From: an uncultured bacterium
GTDB lineage: Bacteria > Zixibacteria > MSB-5A5 > GN15 > FEB-12
Direction of reading: 5' to 3'
DNA length: 64,000 bases
NCBI GenBank assembly: GCA_965372795.1
Contig: CBDVDR010000017.1
Coordinates: 14,796 to 78,795 of the forward strand
Part shown: in pieces, positions 29,040 through 38,460 of the stretch
Layout: the number at the start of each line of letters is the position of its first letter
Position numbering within the stretch: position 1 is the stretch's first letter
The notes under the pieces: model-generated
What the model saw: the letters and a program-made list of their open reading frames with translations, nothing else
What the model was told of the DNA's origin: nothing
The model's database searches: none
Position numbers and translations under genes: made by a program

Positions 29040-30800
29040 TTAATCTAAAATTACATATTCCAGATTCAAGTTTCTAATGCTTTCTAGAACCTCTTCATTT
29101 ACATTAGGGATACTTATAAACAAGATTCTTTTTGCGCGACTCAAAGCCACATAGTAAATCCTTGCATCATCAGAATCGGCATCAAGATGCTCGGAAGCAT
29201 TTAGCACATAACGTTGGAAGTCTCGCAATTCATCATAGTACACCAAGACTTTTTCAAATTCAGTACCTTTGGCACTGTGAATTGTGCGAATGGTGTCCTC
29301 AGACTTCGTGTCTACTCTGATATATCCCAGCAAGCTTGATACGCTATTGTTTTCGTAGAATGTCTTCGGACTTCCGGGCCGAAACGTTGAGCCTAATAGG
29401 AAAGAATGTTGAGCATGTATTCGATTCCTCAAATCTGTGTAATATTCGTATAGCGAACGTTGTCTTGTTCCATTCGCATTCAGGTCATCCAAAATACCAA
29501 TTGCTGTTTTTCGTAGCTCCAGTAACGAAACTCCTTTTCCCGCTTTGGATTTCAATGGTATCAGAACCTGCCTAATGCTGTCTTTATAAAGACCTTTTTG
29601 GTAGAACTTGAAACCCTTTAGAATGTCATGGATAACTTTAGCTCTGGCTGAATTCGAATCAGAAGCATAAAGCCCCTTGAGTAGATCGTCGCCACGTATT
29701 TCTGCTAGATTCCTAAGTACTTCAACCTCGCTATTCCTTCTCGCCAAAAGAAATACGTCTTCATGCCCGTTTTCCCCAAGCCAACCAAGCATTTGGGGAG
29801 TTGATCCCACCAAAACCTTAACCGAATCTCCATTGATTGCGCTTGATGCTGGCTCTTGTTGAATATCAGTTCTCATGCTATTTAACAATTCTATAATTCT
29901 TCTTGAAGAACGGTGATTCTTATCTAATTTGAAATCCCGTAAATTCTCCAATTGGAAATTTTCAAAGTCACTTCGCGATGCACCTGCGAATTTATATATT
30001 GACTGATATAAATCTCCGATTACACCTACCTTTGTATCGATTTCTGCAATCTTTTTGATAATCCACGTCTGTAATTCTGTAGTGTCTTGAAACTCGTCGA
30101 TAAAGATATAGGGGAACCTATTCCTGACGAACTCTAATACTCTTGGGCTTTTGGTTATGATTAGGTATGAGAAATAAAGAACGTCCTCATGATGCATTAT
30201 TCCGTCAAGCCAATATTTGCTTTTATAAATCCACAATTCGCGATTGCTAACCGGTATTGGTGCGCCCCTATTAGCCCGGCATAATAAATCAATCTCACTT
30301 CCGACAAAGGTATAATCCAAACTAGACAGTTGTTTGAATATTCGTATCTTATTGTCTGCGTAATTGAAGTGGATGTAACTTCTACCGTTTTCTTTCTCAA
30401 TCGTTGTTTTCCATCTTCTAATTTTATCACTGTGTGGGATATGATCTTCATGTCCATTGAGTAGGTCTGTATTAAACAACGCATTACCATCATTATCTTT
30501 CTCGATTAGATGACAAAATGGTTTGACAATATTGCGGTAGAGAAAGCTGTGAATGGTAGAGACATCAAATCTAGATTTATCGCAAATTAGTCGATCACGA
30601 ATTTCTTCTGTAGCCACATTTGTGTAGGTGATACAAGCAATCTTCCTAGTAGTATTGAGCCTTTGTGATTCTGTTAAGACTCTCGCCAGATGAGCTACCA
30701 GTGCCCTTGTTTTTCCCGCACCTGGACCCGCAAAAACACGGAAGTTTGTTTCGATATTATCTAAATCAGAAAAGAGGGGAAGTGAATTGATATCTACCAT
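29040..30800 (-). CDS. gajB: Gabija protein GajB, UvrD-like helicase
   Basis: AGPGAGKT, ITYTN, STIHSF, FIDEFQD, GDLYQSIY, NHRS, TIHSAKGTEF and YVALSRA; directly downstream of an OLD nuclease. Confidence 0.85.
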   Translation of the reverse strand: MVDINSLPLFSDLDNIETNFRVFAGPGAGKTRALVAHLARVLTESQRLNTTRKIACITYTNVATEEIRDRLICDKSRFDVSTIHSFLYRNIVKPFCHLIEKDNDGNALFNTDLLNGHEDHIPHSDKIRRWKTTIEKENGRSYIHFNYADNKIRIFKQLSSLDYTFVGSEIDLLCRANRGAPIPVSNRELWIYKSKYWLDGIMHHEDVLYFSYLIITKSPRVLEFVRNRFPYIFIDEFQDTTELQTWIIKKIAEIDTKVGVIGDLYQSIYKFAGASRSDFENFQLENLRDFKLDKNHRSSRRIIELLNSMRTDIQQEPASSAINGDSVKVLVGSTPQMLGWLGENGHEDVFLLARRNSEVEVLRNLAEIRGDDLLKGLYASDSNSARAKVIHDILKGFKFYQKGLYKDSIRQVLIPLKSKAGKGVSLLELRKTAIGILDDLNANGTRQRSLYEYYTDLRNRIHAQHSFLLGSTFRPGSPKTFYENNSVSSLLGYIRVDTKSEDTIRTIHSAKGTEFEKVLVYYDELRDFQRYVLNASEHLDADSDDARIYYVALSRAKRILFISIPNVNEEVLESIRNLNLEYVILD

Positions 30801-30803
30801 AGG

Positions 30804-32921
30804 CTAACTCAGAATAAACGTGATTGCATCAGAAATATACTCTGGTACAACAAATGCTTCACGATCTTCGCCTTTCTCTAAGTTATCCCTTAGCTGTTGC
30901 TCTAAATAGAGTGCATGTTCACCTTTTCTCTTCTTCAACGCCTGAGAGTAAACAGCTGCAATCAAAGCTTTCTTCTTTCGATCATCTTCCCACAGGCAAC
31001 CTTCAAGTGAGTCTATGATCTCAGAGTGATTAGAAAGGGCTTTAATTTCGGTGAGTGACTTTATCTGTTTGTGGGCATCTACAAGACTTATCATTACTTC
31101 TTTTCTGTTTTTGCCACGAGATGGAAACGAGTCAGTAATAAGTGATAAACAGTTGGGGTTATTGAATATCAAGTCATACTCAAGTGTCATGCCCACGCCT
31201 GCCGGTGACGAATATATGCTAATGTTTTGACTGCTTTCAACTGTAGACTGCAATATGCCTACATGCTTTGCCATCGACTTGTATTCATATGCCTCAGTGT
31301 CTTGATCTAGTTCGAAAGGATAACAACTATGCCATCTAACTTTCTTTCCGTGCTCATTAACGTCTGATCCTGGTGGGGGCTTATCTTTTCTGCATGGGTC
31401 TGTGTCAGTTATGCAGGCAACTTTCTTATTGATTGCAAAGCGTTTTGAATCCTTGTTATAAGTGAATAGTTTCAGGAAGTGGTCGAAAGTGCGACTGTCA
31501 ACACTCACTATGCAAACATGTTTGTTCAACAAGTCTTCTTCCTTACTCAAGTAAGAAGCAAGGCAGGGTAGTAATACTTGTTCAGCGAGCCCTTCAACAA
31601 GAATCACTCTTTCCGCGAATAGCATATTCGACTTTGTAGCGTCTAGGAACCGTTTTACATAATTTTTGGAGTTCACATCTTCTGGCGTGTCTGTGAATAC
31701 TTTGCCAGGATAACCCACCTGTTGCTTTCCCTCAATATCTTCGTACAAGCAAATCACCGCATCCAAATCCACTGCGGCAGTAATGTGTGTAGAATGTGAA
31801 GTGATGAATAATTGTCTTGCCTGCTCCTGCTTTTTGAGGTTATTGTCGAGAAACTGTAGAAATTTATATTGCATCGATGGATGCAGATGAGCTTCCGGTT
31901 CTTCTATTGCTAAAATGGGGAACACTTTTGCATTGTCGCCCATAAACCCCGAGCGTTGCATTTGCATCTTTGCAAGGATTAGGGCTATGAATAGCAGATT
32001 GTTGTATCCCAAACCGTTATGCGTAATCGGAAATGTAAAACCTGATTGCTCTACGATGAGCCTCAATGCGAAAAGTATTTCATGCTCGCTGATTGTAGCA
32101 TCGAAATCTGGTTTACCGCCTTTATCTGCCCCTGTTTCTTGCGAGTATTCAAGGATTTTCTCTTTTGAGATACGGTCTATTAGGTGCTGTAACAGAGCTT
32201 CCGATTTCTCGGAAAACTCTCGTTCTCTGTCTCTAAGGATTGACTTTGTCGCATCGTCTAATTCCTCAAATTGCTTCCCGTTAGAAACATCATAATCAAG
32301 AAAATAACGGAGTACATCTCTCAGTAGAGTATTGTTGCCATAGAACATTTGTCTTTCTGCGTCGCGGATCGCGTCGAGAAATTGAAAATCAAATCGATCA
32401 AGGTTTTCTGACTCCGCTCTCTCCTCGCGCTTTGGGTCACCTCCAAATATTTGTGATACATACTTATTGATAAATCTCTTACCTATTACGCTGAAGCAAT
32501 CCTTCTGGATATAATTTCCTTCTGCATCTTTGTGTTCTTCGATAACTTCCTTATATTCTTCCAAATGCTTACTGGGCAAGAAGAATGTATATGTTAATTG
32601 AGCTTCATATGGAGGTCCTTCGTTGATCAGCCAATCATATATTACATTCTTGTCATCGGGCTTTTCAGCATCAGGATGCTCAGTTATAGTAACTCTTATA
32701 TCTATGCGTGGTGGACTTGAAAAGTCATCGTATGTCTTATTGAAATCATCAATTGTTGGCCTGTTTCTTTGTTCCCTAGCAAATACAAATTGTAAAGCCC
32801 TCAGCACATTCGTTTTACCGGCATTGTTGTGACCAATTATTACATTTAGCCCAGGGGTAAATATGACTGATGTATCAATAAAGTTCCTAAAATTGGAAAT
32901 TTGAATATTAGAGATATACAT
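30804..32921 (-). CDS. gajA: Gabija protein GajA, OLD-family ABC-ATPase/TOPRIM endonuclease
   Basis: ISNFRN, Walker A GHNNAGKT, GLGYNN, EEPEAHLHP, TSHS, TOPRIM LVEGLAE and DTD; ATG start at 32921 (the ORF track extends to TTG 32936). Confidence 0.88.
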   Translation of the reverse strand: MYISNIQISNFRNFIDTSVIFTPGLNVIIGHNNAGKTNVLRALQFVFAREQRNRPTIDDFNKTYDDFSSPPRIDIRVTITEHPDAEKPDDKNVIYDWLINEGPPYEAQLTYTFFLPSKHLEEYKEVIEEHKDAEGNYIQKDCFSVIGKRFINKYVSQIFGGDPKREERAESENLDRFDFQFLDAIRDAERQMFYGNNTLLRDVLRYFLDYDVSNGKQFEELDDATKSILRDREREFSEKSEALLQHLIDRISKEKILEYSQETGADKGGKPDFDATISEHEILFALRLIVEQSGFTFPITHNGLGYNNLLFIALILAKMQMQRSGFMGDNAKVFPILAIEEPEAHLHPSMQYKFLQFLDNNLKKQEQARQLFITSHSTHITAAVDLDAVICLYEDIEGKQQVGYPGKVFTDTPEDVNSKNYVKRFLDATKSNMLFAERVILVEGLAEQVLLPCLASYLSKEEDLLNKHVCIVSVDSRTFDHFLKLFTYNKDSKRFAINKKVACITDTDPCRKDKPPPGSDVNEHGKKVRWHSCYPFELDQDTEAYEYKSMAKHVGILQSTVESSQNISIYSSPAGVGMTLEYDLIFNNPNCLSLITDSFPSRGKNRKEVMISLVDAHKQIKSLTEIKALSNHSEIIDSLEGCLWEDDRKKKALIAAVYSQALKKRKGEHALYLEQQLRDNLEKGEDREAFVVPEYISDAITFILS

Positions 32922-33163
32922 TACATTTTCACCCAATCTACTTTTATTAAATGTTAATCTTCCTACGCTTTTATGCCTTGCGACTATTTAAAATTGTTTA
33001 TCCCGTAGTCGATCCATAAATCTACAATATTATTATCCTTTTTGCTAATAATTATTCAATAAATATGCTCCTCCCCCACTTTCCCCACACTTTCAATGGT
33101 GAATGCGATAACGCACCCCTTTATAAAAGGAGGAACGGTAAGTTATGCCCAAAATCCCAACCA

Positions 33164-33440
33164 CGAAGTATGCGTAAGTATACAAAATTCACAAAATCAC
33201 ACCCTGCGACAAAACACTCTTTTATGCAAAAACACTCGAAGTATGCGTAAGTATAAAAAGTGAGCAAACGAACCCATTTCTACATATCACATATAGTGTC
33301 CAAGTTTCGCCAGAGAAAAACACACGATGTGTGAAAAATGTGCCTTTAAAGTACCGTAACAGTCGAAGTATGCGTAAGTATAAAAAGTAACAAAACGAAC
33401 CCATTTTGGTTGTACAAACATTGCCAACAATGACTTACAG
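33164..33440 (+). repeat. Structured non-coding element with three copies of CGAAGTATGCGTAAGTATA and two of AAACGAACCCATTT
   Basis: Copies at 33164, 33237 and 33364; homologous to 11330-11480 on the opposite strand. Confidence 0.8.
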
Positions 33441-33482
33441 CGAAAAAAATTATATTTTAGGGAGAAAAACACACTATGCCAC

Positions 33483-33512
33483 AAAAAAACCGCATCGTTA
33501 AATGCGGTTTTT
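33483..33512 (-). terminator. Intrinsic terminator after frr
   Basis: AAAAAAACCGCAT-CGTTAA-ATGCGGTTTTT. Confidence 0.8.
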
Positions 33513-33535
33513 AGAATAATCATTTTATTGAAAGG

Positions 33536-34093
33536 TCAGACTTCCATGACATCTTTTTCTTTAGCATCAAGCATTTTATCAATCCGTTGAATATGACCAT
33601 CAGTCAATTTCTGGATTTCATCATGTCCGTCAGCTTCCTGGTCCTCAGAGATTTCTTTATCTTTCTGAGCTTTCTTAAAGATGTCGTTATATTCTCTGCG
33701 GATACTCCGCAAAGAAACACGCCCATCTTCAGCAAGGTGTTTACAATGCTTAACCAGTTCTTTACGTCGTTCTTCATTCAGCGCCGGAATCGGGAGTCTA
33801 ATCATTTGTCCGTCGACTAAAGGATTCAACCCCAGATCGGCAGCCTGGATTGCTTTTGTGATGTCAGCAACCGTTGATTTATCAAAAGCCTGAACGATTA
33901 GCAGTCTTGGTTCGGGCGAGTTGATGGTTGCCAACTGATTTAATGGCATCTTTGAACCATAAGCATCAACTTTGATGGTGTCCAACAGTTGCGGAGTTGC
34001 TTTTCCGGTTTGAACCGCCATAAATTCTTTTGAGATGGCTTCGATGGTTTTATCCATCCGTTCATTTGCATCTTTGTATGATTGATCGAGCAT
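33536..34093 (-). CDS. frr: Ribosome recycling factor
   Basis: TGKATP, DLGLNP and IPALNEERRKELVK. Confidence 0.97.
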   Translation of the reverse strand: MLDQSYKDANERMDKTIEAISKEFMAVQTGKATPQLLDTIKVDAYGSKMPLNQLATINSPEPRLLIVQAFDKSTVADITKAIQAADLGLNPLVDGQMIRLPIPALNEERRKELVKHCKHLAEDGRVSLRSIRREYNDIFKKAQKDKEISEDQEADGHDEIQKLTDGHIQRIDKMLDAKEKDVMEV

Positions 34094-34133
34094 AATTTGA
34101 TTCTCCTATCTCAGATAATTCCAATTTATCTTC

Positions 34134-34859
34134 TCAGGAAATAAGAGTACCGACCTCTTCACCCAGAACCACTCTTTTGAGATTACCGGGTACATTCAGA
34201 TTGATAACTCTTACAGGGATTTTATTATCTTTTAAAAGCGACACTGCGGTTGAGTCCATCACTCTTAATTCTTTTGTCAAAACTTCCATATATGTTAATT
34301 CCGGAAGGAATACAGCATCTTTATCTAATTTCGGATCAGCAGAATAAACACCGTCAACGTTGGTTGCTTTGACCATCATTTCAGCATTTATTTCCATAGA
34401 TCTTAAAGCCGCCGCCGTATCGGTAGTAAAATATGGGTTACCGGTTCCAGCCGCAAAAATAACGAGCCTTCCCTTTTCCATATGTCTTTTGGCTCTACGA
34501 CAAATATATTGTTCGGCAAAATCCTCAATTTTAACCGCCGACATGACTCTGGTAAAGATGCCCATATTCTCAAGCGTATCCATCATAGCCAGCGAATTGA
34601 TCACAGTAGCCAGCATTCCCATTTTATCGCCGGTAACGCGGTCGATACCTCGAGCGGCAAGGTTGACGCCCCGGAAAATGTTGCCACCACCGAGAACGAT
34701 TGCTATCTCGGTGCCGAGATCTTTAATTTCTTTGATTTCTTTACAGATACGTTCGAGCGTATTCGGGTCAATGCCGAATTCGGTCTCTCCGAGGAGGGCT
34801 TCCCCGGAGAGTTTTAATAAAATTCTTTTAAAAGCAGGCGACGAGCCATCGCTATCCAT
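34134..34859 (-). CDS. pyrH: UMP kinase
   Basis: RILLKLSGEAL, GGGNIFRG and GNPYFTTDTAA; likely ATG at 34859 just after the tsf stop. Confidence 0.96.
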   Translation of the reverse strand: MDSDGSSPAFKRILLKLSGEALLGETEFGIDPNTLERICKEIKEIKDLGTEIAIVLGGGNIFRGVNLAARGIDRVTGDKMGMLATVINSLAMMDTLENMGIFTRVMSAVKIEDFAEQYICRRAKRHMEKGRLVIFAAGTGNPYFTTDTAAALRSMEINAEMMVKATNVDGVYSADPKLDKDAVFLPELTYMEVLTKELRVMDSTAVSLLKDNKIPVRVINLNVPGNLKRVVLGEEVGTLIS

Positions 34860-34860
34860 A

Positions 34861-35454
34861 TTATTCACCAAGTCTAAAACGGGAGAACCGTTTGATCTGA
34901 ATATTTTCACCGATAGTAGCAATCATGTTTTTCACAAAAATACCAATTGTTTGATCGGTGTCTTTGACAAAAGGCTGTTCAAGCAGAACTACTTCGGCGT
35001 AGTGTTTCTCAATTTTACCATCAATAATTTTATTGATAATTTTTTCCGGTTTGCCTTCGTTAATCGCCATTTGTTTGTAAATTTCGCGTTCTTTGGCAAT
35101 ATAATCAGCATCGACTTCTTCACGTTCAACATATAACGGTGAAGCAGCGGCAACATGCATGGCAATGTCTCTGCCAAAAGCTTTAAAGCCATCAGTCCGG
35201 GCAACAAAATCAGTTTCGCAATTGATTTCTACCATCGTACCTAATTTATCACCATAATGAATATACATTGCAATAATGCCTTCAGCCGTAGTTCTTCCTT
35301 CTTTAGAAGAAGCTTTAGCAATACCTTTTTCTCTTAAGTAATCGGCTGCTTTTCCAAATTCACCTTCACACTCAACAAGAGCTTTTTTACAATCCATCAT
35401 GCCAGCTCCGGTTTTTTCGCGAAGCTCTTTAACCATCTTAGCAGTAATTTCCAT
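34861..35454 (-). CDS. tsf: Elongation factor Ts (short form)
   Basis: VKELREKTGAGMMDCKKAL and EINCETDFVA; 197 aa. Confidence 0.97.
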   Translation of the reverse strand: MEITAKMVKELREKTGAGMMDCKKALVECEGEFGKAADYLREKGIAKASSKEGRTTAEGIIAMYIHYGDKLGTMVEINCETDFVARTDGFKAFGRDIAMHVAAASPLYVEREEVDADYIAKEREIYKQMAINEGKPEKIINKIIDGKIEKHYAEVVLLEQPFVKDTDQTIGIFVKNMIATIGENIQIKRFSRFRLGE

Positions 35455-35455
35455 C

Positions 35456-36250
35456 TTATTTCACTCTCTTATTTTTATCATCGGCTTTCACAACATCTTG
35501 GGTTGTATAAGTTGTCACTTTGTGTTCACGGTCTTCATCAACATTTGCTTCAATCATTTCCTGAGTAAGGTGATGTTTCGCATCAATCCCGGCTTCGACC
35601 AGTTCTTTTAAAAGGACTCTAATAGATTTGATCGCATCATCATTACCGGCAATCGGGAAATCAATCGGATCCGGATCAGCGTTGGTATCAATAATAGCAA
35701 TGATTGGTATACCGAGTTTATTAGCTTCGGCAACAGCAATTTTTTCTTTTCTGGCATCAACGATAATGACTAGACCCGGCAGATAGTTCATCTCTTTAAT
35801 TCCACCGAGAACTTTACGAAGTTTTTCAGCAGAGTTCATAATCTTAGCTGCTTCTTTTTTGGTGAATTTTTCGAGGGTGCCATCGGTGCTCATTTTTTCA
35901 ATATCTTTTAATTTCTTAATCGAATTTTTAATAGTATTGAAATTCGTAAGCATGCCACCAAGCCATCGTTCGGTGATATAGAACCCGTCGATTCTCGAAG
36001 CCTGTTCCATAATAACTTCTTTTGCCTGTTTTTTAGTTCCGACAAAAAGAATAGAACGACCGCGTCCGACCGTTTCACGAACCTTAGCTTTAGCGATTTC
36101 TAAAGCATTAAGAGTTTTTTGGAGGTCAATAATATAGATACCGTTTCTTGCAGTAAAGATAAACGGCTTCATTTTCGGGTTCCAACGACGAGTCTGATGC
36201 CCGAAATGTACTCCTGCTTCAAGGAGTTCCTTGATCTTTGGATTTAACAT
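35456..36250 (-). CDS. rpsB: 30S ribosomal protein S2
   Basis: AGVHFGHQTRRWNPKM, RWLGGMLTN and GNDDAIKS. Confidence 0.98.
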   Translation of the reverse strand: MLNPKIKELLEAGVHFGHQTRRWNPKMKPFIFTARNGIYIIDLQKTLNALEIAKAKVRETVGRGRSILFVGTKKQAKEVIMEQASRIDGFYITERWLGGMLTNFNTIKNSIKKLKDIEKMSTDGTLEKFTKKEAAKIMNSAEKLRKVLGGIKEMNYLPGLVIIVDARKEKIAVAEANKLGIPIIAIIDTNADPDPIDFPIAGNDDAIKSIRVLLKELVEAGIDAKHHLTQEMIEANVDEDREHKVTTYTTQDVVKADDKNKRVK

Positions 36251-36254
36251 ATTC

Positions 36255-36362
36255 TACCTTGGTTATGTAGTTATTCTTTATCCCGGCTTCAACCCTGAAT
36301 CCACCCTGAAAAGGGACCGCATCCAAGTCGGCTGGAACTGTTTATTTCCCCCAAAGGGGATG
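36255..36362 (-). promoter_or_regulatory. Putative structured rpsB leader (S2 autoregulatory element)
   Basis: GC-rich ~110-nt rpsI-rpsB spacer with stem potential (CCC-TTTTCA-GGG, CCCC-TTTG-GGGG); position matches known S2 leaders; family not verified. Confidence 0.4.
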
Positions 36363-36372
36363 ATTTTCCTTT

Positions 36373-36765
36373 TTAACGCTTTGAGAACTGGAAGCGTTTA
36401 CGCGCTTTCGGCTGGCCATATTTCTTCCGTTCAACTTCACGAGCATCACGGGTAAGAAATCCGCCTTTTCTCAATGCATTTCGCAAATCAGGATCTCTCA
36501 GCAGCAATGCGCGAGCGATTGCTAAACGAATAGCTCCAGCTTGTCCTGATAAACCGCCGCCACGAGTACGACATCTGATATCGAAACTTCCCATTAATTC
36601 TGAGTCAACCAAAGGTTTTTGAGCGTGATCAACTAAGGTCTGACGTTTCAGATAGTCCTTAATATCACTGCCATTGACAACAATTTTGCCTTTTCCTTCA
36701 GAGAGTTCGATTCGAGCCGTAGATTCTTTCCGGCGACCAGTTGCAGCAAATGAATTTTTGTTCAT
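36373..36765 (-). CDS. rpsI: 30S ribosomal protein S9
   Basis: TGRRK, GGGLSGQAGAIR and ERKKYGQPKARKRFQFSKR. Confidence 0.98.
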   Translation of the reverse strand: MNKNSFAATGRRKESTARIELSEGKGKIVVNGSDIKDYLKRQTLVDHAQKPLVDSELMGSFDIRCRTRGGGLSGQAGAIRLAIARALLLRDPDLRNALRKGGFLTRDAREVERKKYGQPKARKRFQFSKR

Positions 36766-36773
36766 ATCTCTTT

Positions 36774-37211
36774 CTATTTACTAAGCTTTAAAACTTCTGG
36801 TTTCTGTGCCTGATGGGGATGTTTAGCATCTGCATAAACATGCAGTTTCTTAAACATTTTTCTTCCGAGACGATTTTTAGGCATCATTCTTTTGACTGCC
36901 AGTCTAAAAACCTCTTCAGGCCTCTTCTTCATCAACTGAGCAAAAGTTGTAGTAGTTAAACCACCGGGGTAACCACTATAACGATAGTATCTTAATTGAT
37001 CAGGTTTATTTTTCCCCAACACTCTTAATTTTTTGGCATTGATAGCTATAACATGCTCGCCAGTATCAAGGTGCGGAGTAAAAATAGGTTTGTCTTTTCC
37101 ACGCAAAATATTTGCGACTTTGACAGCAGTTCTGCCCATAATCACATTATTAAGATCAATCAAGATCCATTTGCGATTGTCCGTTTCCACTTTAGGAATA
37201 TAAGTTTTCAT
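36774..37211 (-). CDS. rplM: 50S ribosomal protein L13
   Basis: LRGKDKPIFTPHLDTG, YSGYPGG and HPHQAQKP. Confidence 0.98.
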   Translation of the reverse strand: MKTYIPKVETDNRKWILIDLNNVIMGRTAVKVANILRGKDKPIFTPHLDTGEHVIAINAKKLRVLGKNKPDQLRYYRYSGYPGGLTTTTFAQLMKKRPEEVFRLAVKRMMPKNRLGRKMFKKLHVYADAKHPHQAQKPEVLKLSK

Positions 37212-37450
37212 TCAATTACCTTAGCTTAAATCTACGCCAATATTACAAAAGCCTCAAAATTTACACATATTTTGTTGAATGTCAACACTTTCAATAAAAA
37301 AAAATGAGCTTTTATTAAGCTCTTTCCCATTGAAGATATCGGCACATCCCGCAATACATTTAACAACATTGATTTAGGGGGATTTATACGAATTTGTTAA
37401 CTTGGTTAATAGTCCCATTTTTTTTAAAAATAGGACTATTAAATAACTAT

Positions 37451-38014
37451 TTATATCTTACCAACCAGATCTATTCCAGGTTTTAGAGTATTTTCACCCG
37501 GTTTCCAACTTGCCGGACAAACTTCTCCGCCATGTTCATGCACAAATTTGGCTGCTTGAAGTTTCCTTAAAAGCTCAACCGATGAGCGACCGATTGAATT
37601 ATCATTTATTTCAAATGACTTTATGATTCCATCCGGGTCGATAATAAATGTTCCACGAAGTGATAAGCCAGCTTCTTCAATCATCACCCCATAATCACGG
37701 CATAGATTACCGGTTGGATCCGCAAGCATGGGGAATTTAATCTTTTTAATAGTTTCTGAACTTTCGTGCCAGGCAAGATGACTAAATTCAGTATCAGTTG
37801 AAGCAGACAAAACCTCTGCCCCTTGTTTCTTAAAAGTTTCATAATAATCAGCTAATTCACCAAGTTCTGTCGGACAGACAAAAGTAAAATCAGCCGGATA
37901 GAAAAACAGAATCACCCATTTTCCTTTATAACTCTCAAGATTAACATCAATAAATTTTCCGTCTTGAAAGGCTTTCAAATTAAACTTTGGAGCCTGTTCA
38001 TTGATCTTCACCAT
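37451..38014 (-). CDS. ahpC: Alkyl hydroperoxide reductase C (2-Cys peroxiredoxin)
   Basis: FYPADFTFVCPTE and EVCPASW. Confidence 0.96.
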   Translation of the reverse strand: MVKINEQAPKFNLKAFQDGKFIDVNLESYKGKWVILFFYPADFTFVCPTELGELADYYETFKKQGAEVLSASTDTEFSHLAWHESSETIKKIKFPMLADPTGNLCRDYGVMIEEAGLSLRGTFIIDPDGIIKSFEINDNSIGRSSVELLRKLQAAKFVHEHGGEVCPASWKPGENTLKPGIDLVGKI

Positions 38015-38154
38015 TTTGGACTTCCTTTCTCTATATTATTTAACATTCAATTCATTTCTTAACAAAGAATTATTGAAGAGGTTCCAAAAATCAAGCAAAT
38101 TATACACTATAGTTACAAACCATGTTGCCGATATATATATTCAGAGGAAATATT

Positions 38155-38454
38155 ATGGAAATATATTTAAAATTATTCGAACAAGCGATTCAAAAGCAGA
38201 TAGAATTAGTAGGGGAAGATGTAGCTTTTGAACAGGCTAAAAAAGCTGGATTAGGGGTCTCCTCTGACGGTCATATCGTTAGTTGTACCGGGAATCCTCA
38301 ATTAGTTCTTATGCGACTGATTAAGTTTTTCACTACCGGTGGTCATTTGAAAGCACTGGTAGAATGCACGCCATTAATCAATGAGTTGATTCGACGCGGA
38401 CAAGATGAAGAGACTTTAGAAGCCGAGCAAAAAGCTCATTTATCTGTGAAATAA
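38155..38454 (+). CDS. Small hypothetical helical protein
   Basis: AGAGGA RBS before ATG 38155; 99 aa. Confidence 0.65.
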   Translation: MEIYLKLFEQAIQKQIELVGEDVAFEQAKKAGLGVSSDGHIVSCTGNPQLVLMRLIKFFTTGGHLKALVECTPLINELIRRGQDEETLEAEQKAHLSVK

Positions 38455-38460
38455 GATTCA

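Noticed and set aside
33145..33177. Micro-ORF MPKIPTTKYA behind an AGGAGG motif
   Set aside because: Ends inside the repeated hairpin, long RBS spacing, and no equivalent seen in the 11.4-kb homolog; unsupported
33164..33407. Three 19-bp repeats as a CRISPR array
   Set aside because: Irregular spacing (73 and 127 bp), repeat too short, intervening sequence partly repeated, and no cas genes
34360..35136. 258-aa plus-strand ORF and similar antisense ORFs throughout the track
   Set aside because: Shadow frames of well-supported genes (pyrH/tsf etc.)
34861..35454. Short EF-Ts as a truncated pseudogene
   Set aside because: The ~200-aa form is a known natural variant and the gene has intact N- and C-terminal motifs
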